Shown piece by piece: positions 13,848 through 23,062 of a stretch of DNA of 26,154 nucleotides; within the stretch, counting starts at the first letter, position 1; each line of letters opens with the position of its first letter. The translations under genes and the position numbers were made by a program. The DNA lies in IMG/VR virus record IMGVR_UViG_3300032087_002465, positions 1-26,154 of that record; one strand, 5' to 3'. This DNA comes from a virus. Its lineage: Duplodnaviria; Caudoviricetes. Under the pieces are notes generated by a model. It worked only from the letters and a program-made list of their open reading frames with translations, was not told the DNA's origin and ran no database searches.

Positions 13848-16175
13848 TTATGCTACCGTATATTGTGCAGATATTTCTAAATAACGCCCTGTGCCGGCAG
13901 CGTGTTGCAAAATATCCCAAGTTGTGCTGTCCCCAGATAGATATGGAAATAGGTTTGTTCCAGAAACTTGCACGCTTAAACTCGTCAGGCCAGTGGGGAA
14001 ATCAAAAAGATACGCAGCGCAGTTGCCTGACGAAGCAAATGAGTTGTTTGGGGTGTATGGCAACCCAGACACATAAACATTACCAGAAGCCCCCGCATTG
14101 CTAATATTAGAAAATTTTATTTCAACATAAACTTTACGGCCTACTTTAGTGTATTCTCCTGTTGCAGTAACTGCCGTTGTTGGGTCAGAACCGACACCTT
14201 TAAGAGTACCTGTCCAAGTGCCTTCCTCATAATCATCCAAATAATTAGCAGAACCTGTGCCGCCCAAGTAGACACCGCCGCCAACTTGAATATCGCCAGC
14301 AGCAGTAATGTATCCATCATCTCTCACTGCAAACTTTTGGGCGAGGCTGCTGTTATAGCAGACCAAAATGCTGCTTCCAGAACCGTCAGTTGCACCAGCC
14401 ACGGTCAGTGCGCGGGTGCTAGCTATCGCGTCAACTCCAATAGACGCATGATCTGTGATAGCTGTATCGCCTGTGATGTCCACGCCTGTAGCTGTCGTGG
14501 CGATTTTGACAGAGTTATCATACCAAAGAGAAGCACCTCCATCGTCATCAAAATAAGCCATTGTTTCTGTAGCTGTAGGGTTGGATATAATTACATTTGA
14601 ACCCGCCAGATAAAGATTACCTGTTCCTGTGTCTTGGACATAAGAATGTGAACCATTGTGGTACACGCTGAGGTCACTGCCGGAACCGAACATAGCTTTT
14701 GCACCATCTGGAAACAGAATATCATCGGAGCCAGTTGGCACGGTGAACACCGTAGCATCCGCATCGTTTTTTAGAGTTATGTCTGATGTAGAGCCTTGTC
14801 CTGTCAGGATAAGCCCTTCTGCGCTAGTGTAGCCAATCGCTGCGTTGTCACCAGCAGAGGTATCGGCTGTGGCCTCTAGGGTGCCGCCAGTGATTACGCC
14901 TGTCGTTGTAATTGCAGAAGCACCGTTGTCGATTGCGCCAAAGCCGCTAGTGATGCTGCCAGAGTTTAGTGCGCCAGTTGTGACGATGTTGGAACTACCA
15001 GCCGCTGGTGCTGCCGCAATGTCTGATAGCACCTCTGCCGCAGACCGGCCTTCGATAGCTGTGCCAGCCACGCGCAGGAAATCATCGTCTGCAACGCCGC
15101 TGGTAAACTTAGGCACATTGTTGTTTGAGATGCCTGTGTCCAGCGTGGCGGTGGCTGTGATCGCCGTGCCGTTCAGTGTTATTGCATCGGCTTCCAGCGT
15201 GCCATCAAAGTCTCCATCTACTGCGTCTATGTTACCCTTAAATATAGTTGATGTAATAGTGCCTGTGCTTGGATTGTAAGTGAGATTACCATCCATCTCT
15301 AGGCCAACATTACCTGTGCTAGCGGTGGCATCCTCTACAAAAGTAATAAGGTTTTCTTCGTTTGTGCTTTCGTTATCAGTGACCAAAACGTGAGCAGAGT
15401 TAGTGGCGTCAGTAACGGTGACACCCGCAATAACGGTATTCAGTGCTGTGCCATTGACAGTGATTGCATCAGCCTCAAGTGTGCCATCAATGTCAGCATC
15501 ACCGCTAATGTCCAGTGACCCGGCGTCTAGCTCACCTGTAAGCGTGACGTTGCGGAAGCTGGCAATGTCCTTGTTACCATCCACGACCACGGCCTTGTTA
15601 GCCGCCACAGTGCCGTTAGTTATACCGTCCAGCTTTTCTAGCTCTGCCTCGCTGATGACCGCGCCTGATCCCAGCGTCAGATCACCACCGACTGTCAGAT
15701 TTCCTGCAACCGCCGTGGTGCTGCTGGCGACAGTGCTGTTTGGAGTATGTGTGAGATAGCTGACAAAGCTGCCACTGATCTTGCTGGCCATAGTGAGCGT
15801 GCCGCCATCAGCAATCCCGACCTTATGCTGGTCAGCATTATCATCGCCCTGATCGGCCTTTAGCACGATGCCAAGCGCCGCGCCTTCTACATTGGCCGCA
15901 ATCTCTAGGCTGTCATTGGTGCTTTCATCATATTGGATCGTGATGTCACTATTAGTGCCAAGGATGATGGTCTTGTTGTCAGGCAGCGTGATGCCTTGTG
16001 CAAACGGTATTGCTGCCGTGCAAGTCTGGGTGCCATCCTTGAGGATGCAAGTAGACAGGCCAGTAGCCATGCCATCGAATTCTTGATCCATGCGAGATGC
16101 AAGGATTTTAACGCCGTTGTCACGATCAGTTGTCCAGTCGTAAAGCCGCGAGAATGTACCGCCTGAAAATGCCAT
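13848..16175 (-). CDS. Tail fibre / receptor-binding protein
   Basis: 775 aa, G/T/A/D/S-rich beta-repeat composition; N-terminal attachment region (SRMDQEFDGMATGLSTCILKDG); internal repeats; C-terminal domain after LDDYEEGTWT. Confidence 0.85.
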   Translation of the reverse strand: MAFSGGTFSRLYDWTTDRDNGVKILASRMDQEFDGMATGLSTCILKDGTQTCTAAIPFAQGITLPDNKTIILGTNSDITIQYDESTNDSLEIAANVEGAALGIVLKADQGDDNADQHKVGIADGGTLTMASKISGSFVSYLTHTPNSTVASSTTAVAGNLTVGGDLTLGSGAVISEAELEKLDGITNGTVAANKAVVVDGNKDIASFRNVTLTGELDAGSLDISGDADIDGTLEADAITVNGTALNTVIAGVTVTDATNSAHVLVTDNESTNEENLITFVEDATASTGNVGLEMDGNLTYNPSTGTITSTIFKGNIDAVDGDFDGTLEADAITLNGTAITATATLDTGISNNNVPKFTSGVADDDFLRVAGTAIEGRSAAEVLSDIAAAPAAGSSNIVTTGALNSGSITSGFGAIDNGASAITTTGVITGGTLEATADTSAGDNAAIGYTSAEGLILTGQGSTSDITLKNDADATVFTVPTGSDDILFPDGAKAMFGSGSDLSVYHNGSHSYVQDTGTGNLYLAGSNVIISNPTATETMAYFDDDGGASLWYDNSVKIATTATGVDITGDTAITDHASIGVDAIASTRALTVAGATDGSGSSILVCYNSSLAQKFAVRDDGYITAAGDIQVGGGVYLGGTGSANYLDDYEEGTWTGTLKGVGSDPTTAVTATGEYTKVGRKVYVEIKFSNISNAGASGNVYVSGLPYTPNNSFASSGNCAAYLFDFPTGLTSLSVQVSGTNLFPYLSGDSTTWDILQHAAGTGRYLEISAQYTVA

Positions 16176-17719
16176 TAGATTGGGCCTCCGGGTGCAAATG
16201 TGTAATGTGCGCTAATAAAGCTGATGGTTTGCGTGCTGGTTGCGACCTTGATCCGCAATGCTGCTGAATATCCAAGCCGATTTACTGCCTTGCGGCGCTT
16301 GGTAACGCCTGCGCCAGTTGTGTCAGCCCAGAAGAAATCATCCCAAGTGGCCGTGTCCCAAGACGCAAGATTTGATGCGAATGTCACCGGGGATACGTCA
16401 ATTGTGGTGGTCGGTGCCTGATCAACGCCTACACCAAAGCTGAACACAATATCTGTTTCACCCTCAAGCATCGGCTGTACACTGCTAAAACGTTTGACGC
16501 CGCCGCGATCACCAAAATAATTGTATGCCGTAGCCACATCACCAGTGATGTTTTCGCCGTTATCGGCATCACCGCCCACCTTGAACACAACGCCGGAAGC
16601 ACTGCCAAAGTATGTATCACCGTTAAACTGCCCCCAGACATGGGCTGGCATATTCTCAAAGATGCACCAAGCCCTGATGATGGGATTGAAAACGTGCTGA
16701 TTGAACGGATCAGGCTCACCAGTAGGATAATTGAAAATCACCTTGTCACCGTCTGGGCTGACAAATATTTGCCAACCAGTGGTAGTGCCGGTGGCTTTGA
16801 CTTGTGCAATGACTGTGCCGCGAATTTTCTCTGATATGGCCGCTGCCTTGTTGCCAACAATGTCCTGCCTGACAACTTGGCTCAGAGGCAAATAACCCTC
16901 TTTTGTCATCACGATGACATCGCCGCCTAACTTGGCAATAGCGCGTTTTTCTGCAATCGGCTCTGCAATGCGGAATGTGCCTACCAGAGAAAAGTCGCTG
17001 CCGGGGTTCGAACCTGAGTAAATAAGAACCTCGCCGCTAGTCATTATAATACAAAGTAAATCCTCAACACCTTCGCCACCGTCTAAAGTGAGAGTGTTGA
17101 TCATCACAATGTTACCGCCGAATGTGCCAACAAGGCCAACCGGGAACTTTGTAAAATTGCCGGTGAATGTGTCCACGGTGGCGCTGTAATAAAAATTCTG
17201 GCTTGTGCCTGTCCAGTAGTAAACGCGGTTCTTATGGGCATGGACGCCGGTTAATGTATTGGCATTAACACTATCAGAGAGCGTTATTGACAGATCAGAT
17301 GCGCTTGAGCCGTTCCATGAAAACGGCACATTAGCACCAGACGGTACAACCACTGTCACGTTGTTGAACTCAATATGCTCTGCCCTGCCATTGGCAAGGC
17401 CGGTCTTCTTGCTGACGGCTGTCCCGCTGTCGATCTGGTAAAACGTGCCGTTCGAGCCAATCGCCAGCAACTGCCGGTTTGCGCCTGCGTTATGCTCAAT
17501 TAGCGTTTCAACATTACCGCTGCCAACGCCGGTACAGAATGATGTGTAGCCATCGCGTAATGTGACCTTTTCCACAGTTGGGAAAAAGTTGGACATAATC
17601 AGCGCATCTGTCGGCGGCATCGCATCAATGCTGTCACGGCTGTTTAGACCGCCGACAGGGGCTGGCACAGATGCCGCTTTGACGCGGTATCCTCTACTTG
17701 TTGGCAGTGCCGCTAACAT
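16175..17719 (-). CDS. Tail nozzle / packaged DNA stabilisation protein (tail tubular protein B or P22 gp10-like)
   Basis: 514 aa, beta-rich; PAPVGGLNSRDS...NFFP N-terminus; between adaptor and fibre with 1-nt overlaps on both sides. Confidence 0.7.
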   Translation of the reverse strand: MLAALPTSRGYRVKAASVPAPVGGLNSRDSIDAMPPTDALIMSNFFPTVEKVTLRDGYTSFCTGVGSGNVETLIEHNAGANRQLLAIGSNGTFYQIDSGTAVSKKTGLANGRAEHIEFNNVTVVVPSGANVPFSWNGSSASDLSITLSDSVNANTLTGVHAHKNRVYYWTGTSQNFYYSATVDTFTGNFTKFPVGLVGTFGGNIVMINTLTLDGGEGVEDLLCIIMTSGEVLIYSGSNPGSDFSLVGTFRIAEPIAEKRAIAKLGGDVIVMTKEGYLPLSQVVRQDIVGNKAAAISEKIRGTVIAQVKATGTTTGWQIFVSPDGDKVIFNYPTGEPDPFNQHVFNPIIRAWCIFENMPAHVWGQFNGDTYFGSASGVVFKVGGDADNGENITGDVATAYNYFGDRGGVKRFSSVQPMLEGETDIVFSFGVGVDQAPTTTIDVSPVTFASNLASWDTATWDDFFWADTTGAGVTKRRKAVNRLGYSAALRIKVATSTQTISFISAHYTFAPGGPI

Positions 17720-18438
17720 CAGACCGCACCATAGCCGCTATCAGGCAGATTGTAGCTGTATGGGCTGACCAGCAAGCGTCTGGCATCATCAAGGCTAATG
17801 ACCGGCGCACCGCCTGCGCGGCTGATGGCTTGGCGCAGTTCTAGCTGATACTGCCGAAAGTCCTCATCATATGTCAGGCCGTGGTTCTGCTTAAAACGCC
17901 ATGTAACACCCATTTCCAGCAAAGTCTCATCAAGGATGCCGACATCAGTATCTGCCGCCATAGCAGCCTGTGAGGTGCCGCCACTGGTCTGGTTCCAGTG
18001 GCTGCTGACATACTCAAACCCAATAGATTCGGCTGACGTTGGTGTCGGGGTAATATCAAACTTGAGGACATTGCTTGACGGCTTGAAACGGAACTTTTGC
18101 GTAATGCCTGCGCTAGCAGTCCCGTAACGGTCTTGCTGAAATTGTTGCGGTGTGATTGGCCCGATCATCTGATCCAGATCGGTGCGATTGTACATTGTAG
18201 AGCCTACAGACCGATCAAAGTCTGTTGGTAACGCATAGCTCTGGGTGCCATTGACCGTGTTAAAAGTATGTTCCTTTAGCAAAATCGGCCAGTTGCTGGC
18301 ACGCATAAGCTGCTTGCCCTCGCGGTTGATAAAGGCAAATAACTGACGCGCTATCGGGTCAGTATTGCCAACCACCGTGGTCGGGCGCTCGAAGCCGGTA
18401 AAATCAGCTACGTTCTGCGCTATCGTTAACAGGCTCAT
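17719..18438 (-). CDS. Head-tail adaptor (tail tubular protein A-like)
   Basis: MSLLTIAQNVA...TVNGTQSYALPTDFDR...ITPTP...FEY pattern; position after the capsid genes. Confidence 0.7.
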   Translation of the reverse strand: MSLLTIAQNVADFTGFERPTTVVGNTDPIARQLFAFINREGKQLMRASNWPILLKEHTFNTVNGTQSYALPTDFDRSVGSTMYNRTDLDQMIGPITPQQFQQDRYGTASAGITQKFRFKPSSNVLKFDITPTPTSAESIGFEYVSSHWNQTSGGTSQAAMAADTDVGILDETLLEMGVTWRFKQNHGLTYDEDFRQYQLELRQAISRAGGAPVISLDDARRLLVSPYSYNLPDSGYGAV

Positions 18439-18859
18439 TCGTTACCCCTTCTGCCAAGGTCTGTGCCGCAACGGCAACCTCAACAACTAGATCATCTTTT
18501 TTCTTGCTAGCCTCAACTTGCAGTTTGGCAATCTTGGCAAGCTCAACGTAAGGCTCACCAATGGCACGCAGCGCAGTTTCCTGTGCTGCTGCTAGTGCTT
18601 CAATCGTTTCAATGTCGTGCAATTCTAGTTCAGTCCGGCGCGGCTCTGTCATCCCCGGCAGTTCTGCCAAGCCAGTGCCTTTTGTGCGCGGCTTTTTCTT
18701 TTTGCCTTTGTACGCTTTCCATTCGTCAGGAAAACGCTGCAAATCCTCTGGTCGTGCTGGGCCTTCCCATATGTCCCGCACACCGGCTATTTCAATGCGG
18801 CAAAAGTCACGCTTTTGGCCGTTAAGTTCTCTTTCGAAAAAGATGCCTTTTTCGCTCAT
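18404..18859 (-). CDS. Hypothetical phage protein with a helix-hairpin-helix-like segment
   Basis: DLQRFPDEWKAY...GTGLAELPGMTEPRRTELELHDIETIEALAA; GGAGG SD. Confidence 0.65.
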   Translation of the reverse strand: MSEKGIFFERELNGQKRDFCRIEIAGVRDIWEGPARPEDLQRFPDEWKAYKGKKKKPRTKGTGLAELPGMTEPRRTELELHDIETIEALAAAQETALRAIGEPYVELAKIAKLQVEASKKKDDLVVEVAVAAQTLAEGVTNEPVNDSAERS

Positions 18860-18880
18860 TCAATCCTCCCGATTGCATAG

Positions 18881-18907
18881 AAAAAGGGGGCGAGTTGCCC
18901 CGCCCCC
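18881..18907 (-). terminator. Intrinsic terminator after the capsid and decoration genes
   Basis: - strand GGGGGCGGG-GCAA-CTCGCCCCC-TTTTT (GNRA loop, U tract), a few nt after the stop at 18914. Confidence 0.85.
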
Positions 18908-18913
18908 AATGTT

Positions 18914-19387
18914 TTACATGGGGAAATCGCAGATGATTTCCTTGTCTGACGCATCCCCAGCATAAGCCACGACAACGCTGGTCACATCGGCGGTAACATC
19001 TAATTTACCATCCGAACTCCCGGTCGCCGTTAAAGGATCGCCATCTGCGCCAGCAGTTAGTGCTGCTGCCATAGTTGCCATGCCTTTGATCTGCACCCAG
19101 CAATACTGGCCATCAGTTGGCGCTGATTGCAGAATGCCTGCGCCGATTTCAATTGAATCGGACAGATCAGACGTTACCTTGAACAGCTTATAGCCATCCA
19201 AAGTGTAATAGTAACAAGCGTTTCCGCTTACTGCTGCCACGCTTCCACTGCCAGTGTCATACTGGACGTATTTGTAGATGCGTGTACCGCTGGTGTCATC
19301 AATGATCGCACCAAGCTGACCCAACTGAAATTCAGGGGTGTCAGCAACTGCTGTGGGGTCAATCCCCATTACTGCTGCAATAGTCAT
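18914..19387 (-). CDS. Putative capsid decoration / cement protein
   Basis: Start MTIAAVMGIDPT at 19387 with AGGAAGGGG SD; YKYVQY...DGQYCWVQIKG; co-transcribed with the capsid gene ahead of a terminator. Confidence 0.6.
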   Translation of the reverse strand: MTIAAVMGIDPTAVADTPEFQLGQLGAIIDDTSGTRIYKYVQYDTGSGSVAAVSGNACYYYTLDGYKLFKVTSDLSDSIEIGAGILQSAPTDGQYCWVQIKGMATMAAALTAGADGDPLTATGSSDGKLDVTADVTSVVVAYAGDASDKEIICDFPM

Positions 19388-19401
19388 TACAATTCCCCTT
19401 C

Positions 19402-20343
19402 CTAAGTGTGGATCACGCCTTGCAGAGCGCGGTTTGAACAAGTCAGATTTCCTGACCAGAACATTGGCGTTACCATAGCGTCTTGGTTGACGGACATTTT
19501 TGCTTCACCCGGAACGAAATCCCTTGCAGCGGCTACTTCCAGACGGAGATAGTCAGTGTTTAGGAAATACATCCGATTGGTGTTACAAGCTGAATCAAAC
19601 ACAACATCGCTGTTTAGGTACTGCAATGAGGTGAATCCAGAGTTTGCCATATCGTCACTGGTAATACGCTGGATAGCCTGCAAGCTGCCCAAAAATGCGG
19701 TGTATGCATTTGTGCCAGCCATGACAAGATCAGGGCTGTCAGCGCCACGAACAAGCGACAGATAAATAGTATTCATATCTGATTGCACGTTAGCGACTGA
19801 GAAAGCACTCGATGTTGCAGTGGTCTGTTGGTTTTGCCAGAAAGTGTAAGTTGATGAGTTAATCCCGCCAACGGTTCCTGTTCCGGCATCTGCTACGATT
19901 AGCTGCAAGCCACCAACCTCTTTGCCACTGCTTCCTGTCCCATCAGAATATAAACTGACGCTGAGACTATTCATAAGTGACTTTTCGAGCACGTTGATGC
20001 GTGCCTCAAGAAGATTGATGAGTGCCTCTGTGCCTGAGTTTTTGACTTGCTCAAGACCAGAGATTGTGACGTTACCAGCAAGCTGACGATATTCGTACAC
20101 GGCTGCACTGAGTACGTCTGAGGGTGAAACATCAAGTGTTTCATAACCGCTATAGAACTGCACGGTTCCATTATCGGCATATTCGAGTTCACGGACAATG
20201 TCGCGTCCTGTGACAGACGTTTGATTGCCATTCTCGCGCAAGCGCCGCAACAAAGCGTTGTGGTTGCTCACGTTGTCCGAAAGTGTCTTACTACGATTTC
20301 GCAGCGTAGTTGTGACGATTTCGGAAAGATTTGGGCTGGCCAT
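19402..20343 (-). CDS. Major capsid protein
   Basis: 313 aa; SEIVTTTLRNRS...DNVSNHNALL...LYSDGTG...GGLQ...YFLNTDYL...GNLTCSNR; follows the scaffold gene; AAGGAG SD. Confidence 0.88.
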   Translation of the reverse strand: MASPNLSEIVTTTLRNRSKTLSDNVSNHNALLRRLRENGNQTSVTGRDIVRELEYADNGTVQFYSGYETLDVSPSDVLSAAVYEYRQLAGNVTISGLEQVKNSGTEALINLLEARINVLEKSLMNSLSVSLYSDGTGSSGKEVGGLQLIVADAGTGTVGGINSSTYTFWQNQQTTATSSAFSVANVQSDMNTIYLSLVRGADSPDLVMAGTNAYTAFLGSLQAIQRITSDDMANSGFTSLQYLNSDVVFDSACNTNRMYFLNTDYLRLEVAAARDFVPGEAKMSVNQDAMVTPMFWSGNLTCSNRALQGVIHT

Positions 20344-20346
20344 TGG

Positions 20347-21426
20347 CTAGCTCCTTCCATTTTCCAGTTGTCTAATTGACGCATTAATTGTGTCACGAAT
20401 AGACGCATTTGCTGGAAGCGCAGGCGCGGCTGGGGTTGCACTGCCTCTGACCTTTGACCTTGCTGCTTTCTTCGCCTTTGCAACAGCTTCGGTTTTCACA
20501 TTGTTCTGTGATTCCGCTGCCGCCATTGCCTTGACTTGCTCTGCACGTAATTCCGGGTCGGCATAAACCGCCATCTCATACGCGCTGTTCAAGTCCTTGG
20601 CATTTTCAGAACTGATCAACGAACCCATCACGCCGCGCACTCTTTCAAAATGCGGGTGCTTTGGATTGCCGTTTGCATCAGTTTCTGCTGCGAATTGGTC
20701 AATGAGAGACTGTGTGCTTTGCTGCACATGGCTCTGCTGCTGTGTCTGTTGATTTTGTATGAAGCCAGTTAGCTGGGCAACTTGTTGCTGCAACTGTTTC
20801 ACTTGAGGGTCTACAAATTCATCCTCAACCGCTGGATCGTTACCGATTGCGCCAATATCCACGCCATACTGGTTTGCAAGCCAAGCAATAGCGTTTTGAG
20901 GGTCTTTTCGCAGATAGTCATGGGCGGCTAACAGTTGCCTGACAGCACCCACCTCATCCATACCAGCACGCTCAAAATCGCTTTTGTGCGGCTGCATGAT
21001 TTCGTCAAACGCTTCCTGTCGCTTTCGATACTGCGCCACGGCTTGCGTTTTCTTTGTGTAATCGCCTTCTAAATCCTTATAACGCTCCATAAACATATGT
21101 TGCGCTGGTGCCTCTAGGGCTTCGAATTTAGCGGCAAAATCTTTCGGCCAATGGTTTGGCGCTGGTAGTGGCTCAAGATCGGCGCTGTCTTGCGTTGCTT
21201 CTTCGCCCTCATCCTCATTAGCCTCATCAGGCTCATCAGTTTCATCTTGGCCGTCTGGAATATGCTCCGGCAGCGGTTCGGCTTCATCTGTTTGCTCATT
21301 AACCTCATCGGCCTCACTATCAAATGATTCTAGTGTTTTCGCCAGTGTTTCCGCTACGGTTTCGGGCCTTGCTGGCTCCGCTGCTGGGGTTGTGGCCTCA
21401 ACTTCAGGAGTGCTATCAAGCTGCAT
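20347..21426 (-). CDS. Capsid scaffolding protein
   Basis: Acidic disordered N-terminus, long Q/A-rich helices, basic C-terminus (AKAKKAARSKVRG); immediately upstream of the capsid gene. Confidence 0.75.
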   Translation of the reverse strand: MQLDSTPEVEATTPAAEPARPETVAETLAKTLESFDSEADEVNEQTDEAEPLPEHIPDGQDETDEPDEANEDEGEEATQDSADLEPLPAPNHWPKDFAAKFEALEAPAQHMFMERYKDLEGDYTKKTQAVAQYRKRQEAFDEIMQPHKSDFERAGMDEVGAVRQLLAAHDYLRKDPQNAIAWLANQYGVDIGAIGNDPAVEDEFVDPQVKQLQQQVAQLTGFIQNQQTQQQSHVQQSTQSLIDQFAAETDANGNPKHPHFERVRGVMGSLISSENAKDLNSAYEMAVYADPELRAEQVKAMAAAESQNNVKTEAVAKAKKAARSKVRGSATPAAPALPANASIRDTINASIRQLENGRS

Positions 21427-21438
21427 TTGGTTTTTCCT

Positions 21439-21651
21439 TTAACTAAATAGTTTGTTTTGCTCGTTGCCGATTTCGACAAAATTATTGCGCCGCAGGAACT
21501 CACGATGCTGTGAACGGCTGGTGATCCAGCCACGATCTTTCATGTTCTGATACGGCTCTATGTCGCGGATAAGAGAAAGGCCAGCGTTTCCGCTGGCCTC
21601 TGACTTTTCGACTAATTTACCGTCCCTATAGACGAATGTTTTTTTGCTCAT
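21439..21651 (-). CDS. Small phage head-module protein
   Basis: DIEPYQ...ITSRSQHREFLRRNNFVEIGNE; ATGA-coupled to the upstream gene. Confidence 0.75.
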   Translation of the reverse strand: MSKKTFVYRDGKLVEKSEASGNAGLSLIRDIEPYQNMKDRGWITSRSQHREFLRRNNFVEIGNEQNKLFS

Positions 21652-21860
21652 CGCATCAGCATCCCTGCTGCCACCTGACGCATTTCTGCGTCCATCTTGC
21701 GCCGTGGCCGGTTAAACTGACCCAAGCTACTCATCAAATCAGGGAATATCTTAGACAGCACCGCCGCTAGTGGGCTATCGAGTGCCTCGCGCACAATCTC
21801 TTTTTCCTGCTCTGATAGCGCCTGATAGGCGGCATCAGCAGCATCCAGATCAATTTCCAT
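21648..21860 (-). CDS. Small helical hypothetical protein
   Basis: 70 aa; TAATG and ATGA overlaps on both sides; AAGGGA upstream. Confidence 0.7.
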   Translation of the reverse strand: MEIDLDAADAAYQALSEQEKEIVREALDSPLAAVLSKIFPDLMSSLGQFNRPRRKMDAEMRQVAAGMLMR

Positions 21861-23062
21861 TATCTAAAGTCCCTTGGGTTTCCGAATAATCCTAAGTCTG
21901 GCGCAGCTTGGCCGGGCATCTGCATATTGCGTGTTTGCAACAGATCAACCAGCGTGCCGCCCGCATATCCATATGGCTGGAATAAATTATTCTGGCCTGA
22001 ATAGAGGTAATATGGATTTTGCAGATAATTGACCGCCAGATCGTCAATCTGTTCTGGCGTGGTTGTGCCGGGGTCTATTGGTGCGTCTGGCTGTTGAGCA
22101 GCCATCTGATTATTGCTTTGCCGATCATCGCCTGCACCATTGTTGCCAGCAGTCCCACGCACCAGCGATTCAAATGGCCCAGAATAATTCGGATCGTTCA
22201 TGCCGCTGTAAACGACACCGCCCAATGCGTTCATGCTTAATGTGCCGGGGCCAGCCTTTGCGCCTGACACCAATCCAGTTTCGGGATCACGGACACCACC
22301 CAGCGACATTAACTGCCCAACATTGAAAGCAGCGGCATCAGCCGCATCTGGCGCATTAGCAAGATTACCTAATATTCCACCAGACAATATCGAACCAACA
22401 GCCGTGCCGGGCGCATTGCCGCCGTAAAGTTCATCATAAGCATCAGCAAAGAAGCCGCTTTCTGCATCCCTGCGCCCGGCTGCTCCCTGCACGCTGTTTA
22501 TAATATTTGGGCTAGGCTTGTTGCCCATAAGAGATTGTGCTTGTGACATAAATGCTGAATCTCGCACAAGCTGATTTGCTAATTCTTGAGGCGATAAACC
22601 GGCTGCGTCTGGTGATAGCCCAGCGGTCATCTCACTACCACCTGATGGGGCAGCAAACGGATCAGGCGCACCAGCAGACGCGGCTAGCATTTGCCGGTCT
22701 GTCATCGGCTGCTGTCGTGCCATAGCTTGCGTTGCCGATTGGTTTACAAGGTCAAGAGGGTTTGCGGCTGGCGCGACAGTTGTGACTTGGCGCGGTGTCA
22801 CACCGAAATTTTGATTTCTTTCCGATGGCGTAGGCGCACCACGGCTAGCCCGGTCATCATTAAAATCCTGCTGTCGCTGCGGTCTTGGACTTGGATTAGC
22901 TGGGCCAGCTTGTGCTGGTGGCTGATTAGTCCGGCCTCGCTCCGTACCACGGTTTGGATCAGAGCCACCACCGCCACCGCCGCCGCCGCCGCCATCACCG
23001 CCAAAACAAAACATCCGGCGCTGGTAATAATCATCATCTAAAATTAGGTGCTTGCCGACCAT
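21860..23062 (-). CDS. Gly/Pro/Gln-rich, lysine-poor low-complexity protein (putative internal virion protein and acyltransferase substrate)
   Basis: 400 aa; MVGKHLILDDDYYQRRMFCFGGD-G10; overlaps the HlyC-like gene by 19 nt; function inferred. Confidence 0.6.
   Translation of the reverse strand: MVGKHLILDDDYYQRRMFCFGGDGGGGGGGGGGSDPNRGTERGRTNQPPAQAGPANPSPRPQRQQDFNDDRASRGAPTPSERNQNFGVTPRQVTTVAPAANPLDLVNQSATQAMARQQPMTDRQMLAASAGAPDPFAAPSGGSEMTAGLSPDAAGLSPQELANQLVRDSAFMSQAQSLMGNKPSPNIINSVQGAAGRRDAESGFFADAYDELYGGNAPGTAVGSILSGGILGNLANAPDAADAAAFNVGQLMSLGGVRDPETGLVSGAKAGPGTLSMNALGGVVYSGMNDPNYSGPFESLVRGTAGNNGAGDDRQSNNQMAAQQPDAPIDPGTTTPEQIDDLAVNYLQNPYYLYSGQNNLFQPYGYAGGTLVDLLQTRNMQMPGQAAPDLGLFGNPRDFR
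22964..23002 (-). repeat. GGN trinucleotide tract encoding GGD-G10
   Basis: (GCC/ACC)n run on the + strand. Confidence 0.9.

Noticed and set aside
13801-13850. Stop-codon read-through from tail fibre into the chaperone gene
   Set aside because: The 46-nt spacer puts the two genes out of frame
13848-14300. Diversity-generating retroelement target in the fibre tip
   Set aside because: No reverse transcriptase and no template-repeat copy seen in the window
19387-19505. -1 frameshift fusing the capsid to the downstream protein (T7 10A/10B style)
   Set aside because: The -1 frame is open for about 100 nt before the capsid stop, but there is no canonical slippery heptamer (best A-GGA-AAT) and the downstream gene has its own strong SD
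21860-23062. RTX toxin call for the 400-aa protein
   Set aside because: No GGxGxDxUx nonapeptide repeats and no T1SS genes; the Gly run is a simple homopolymer
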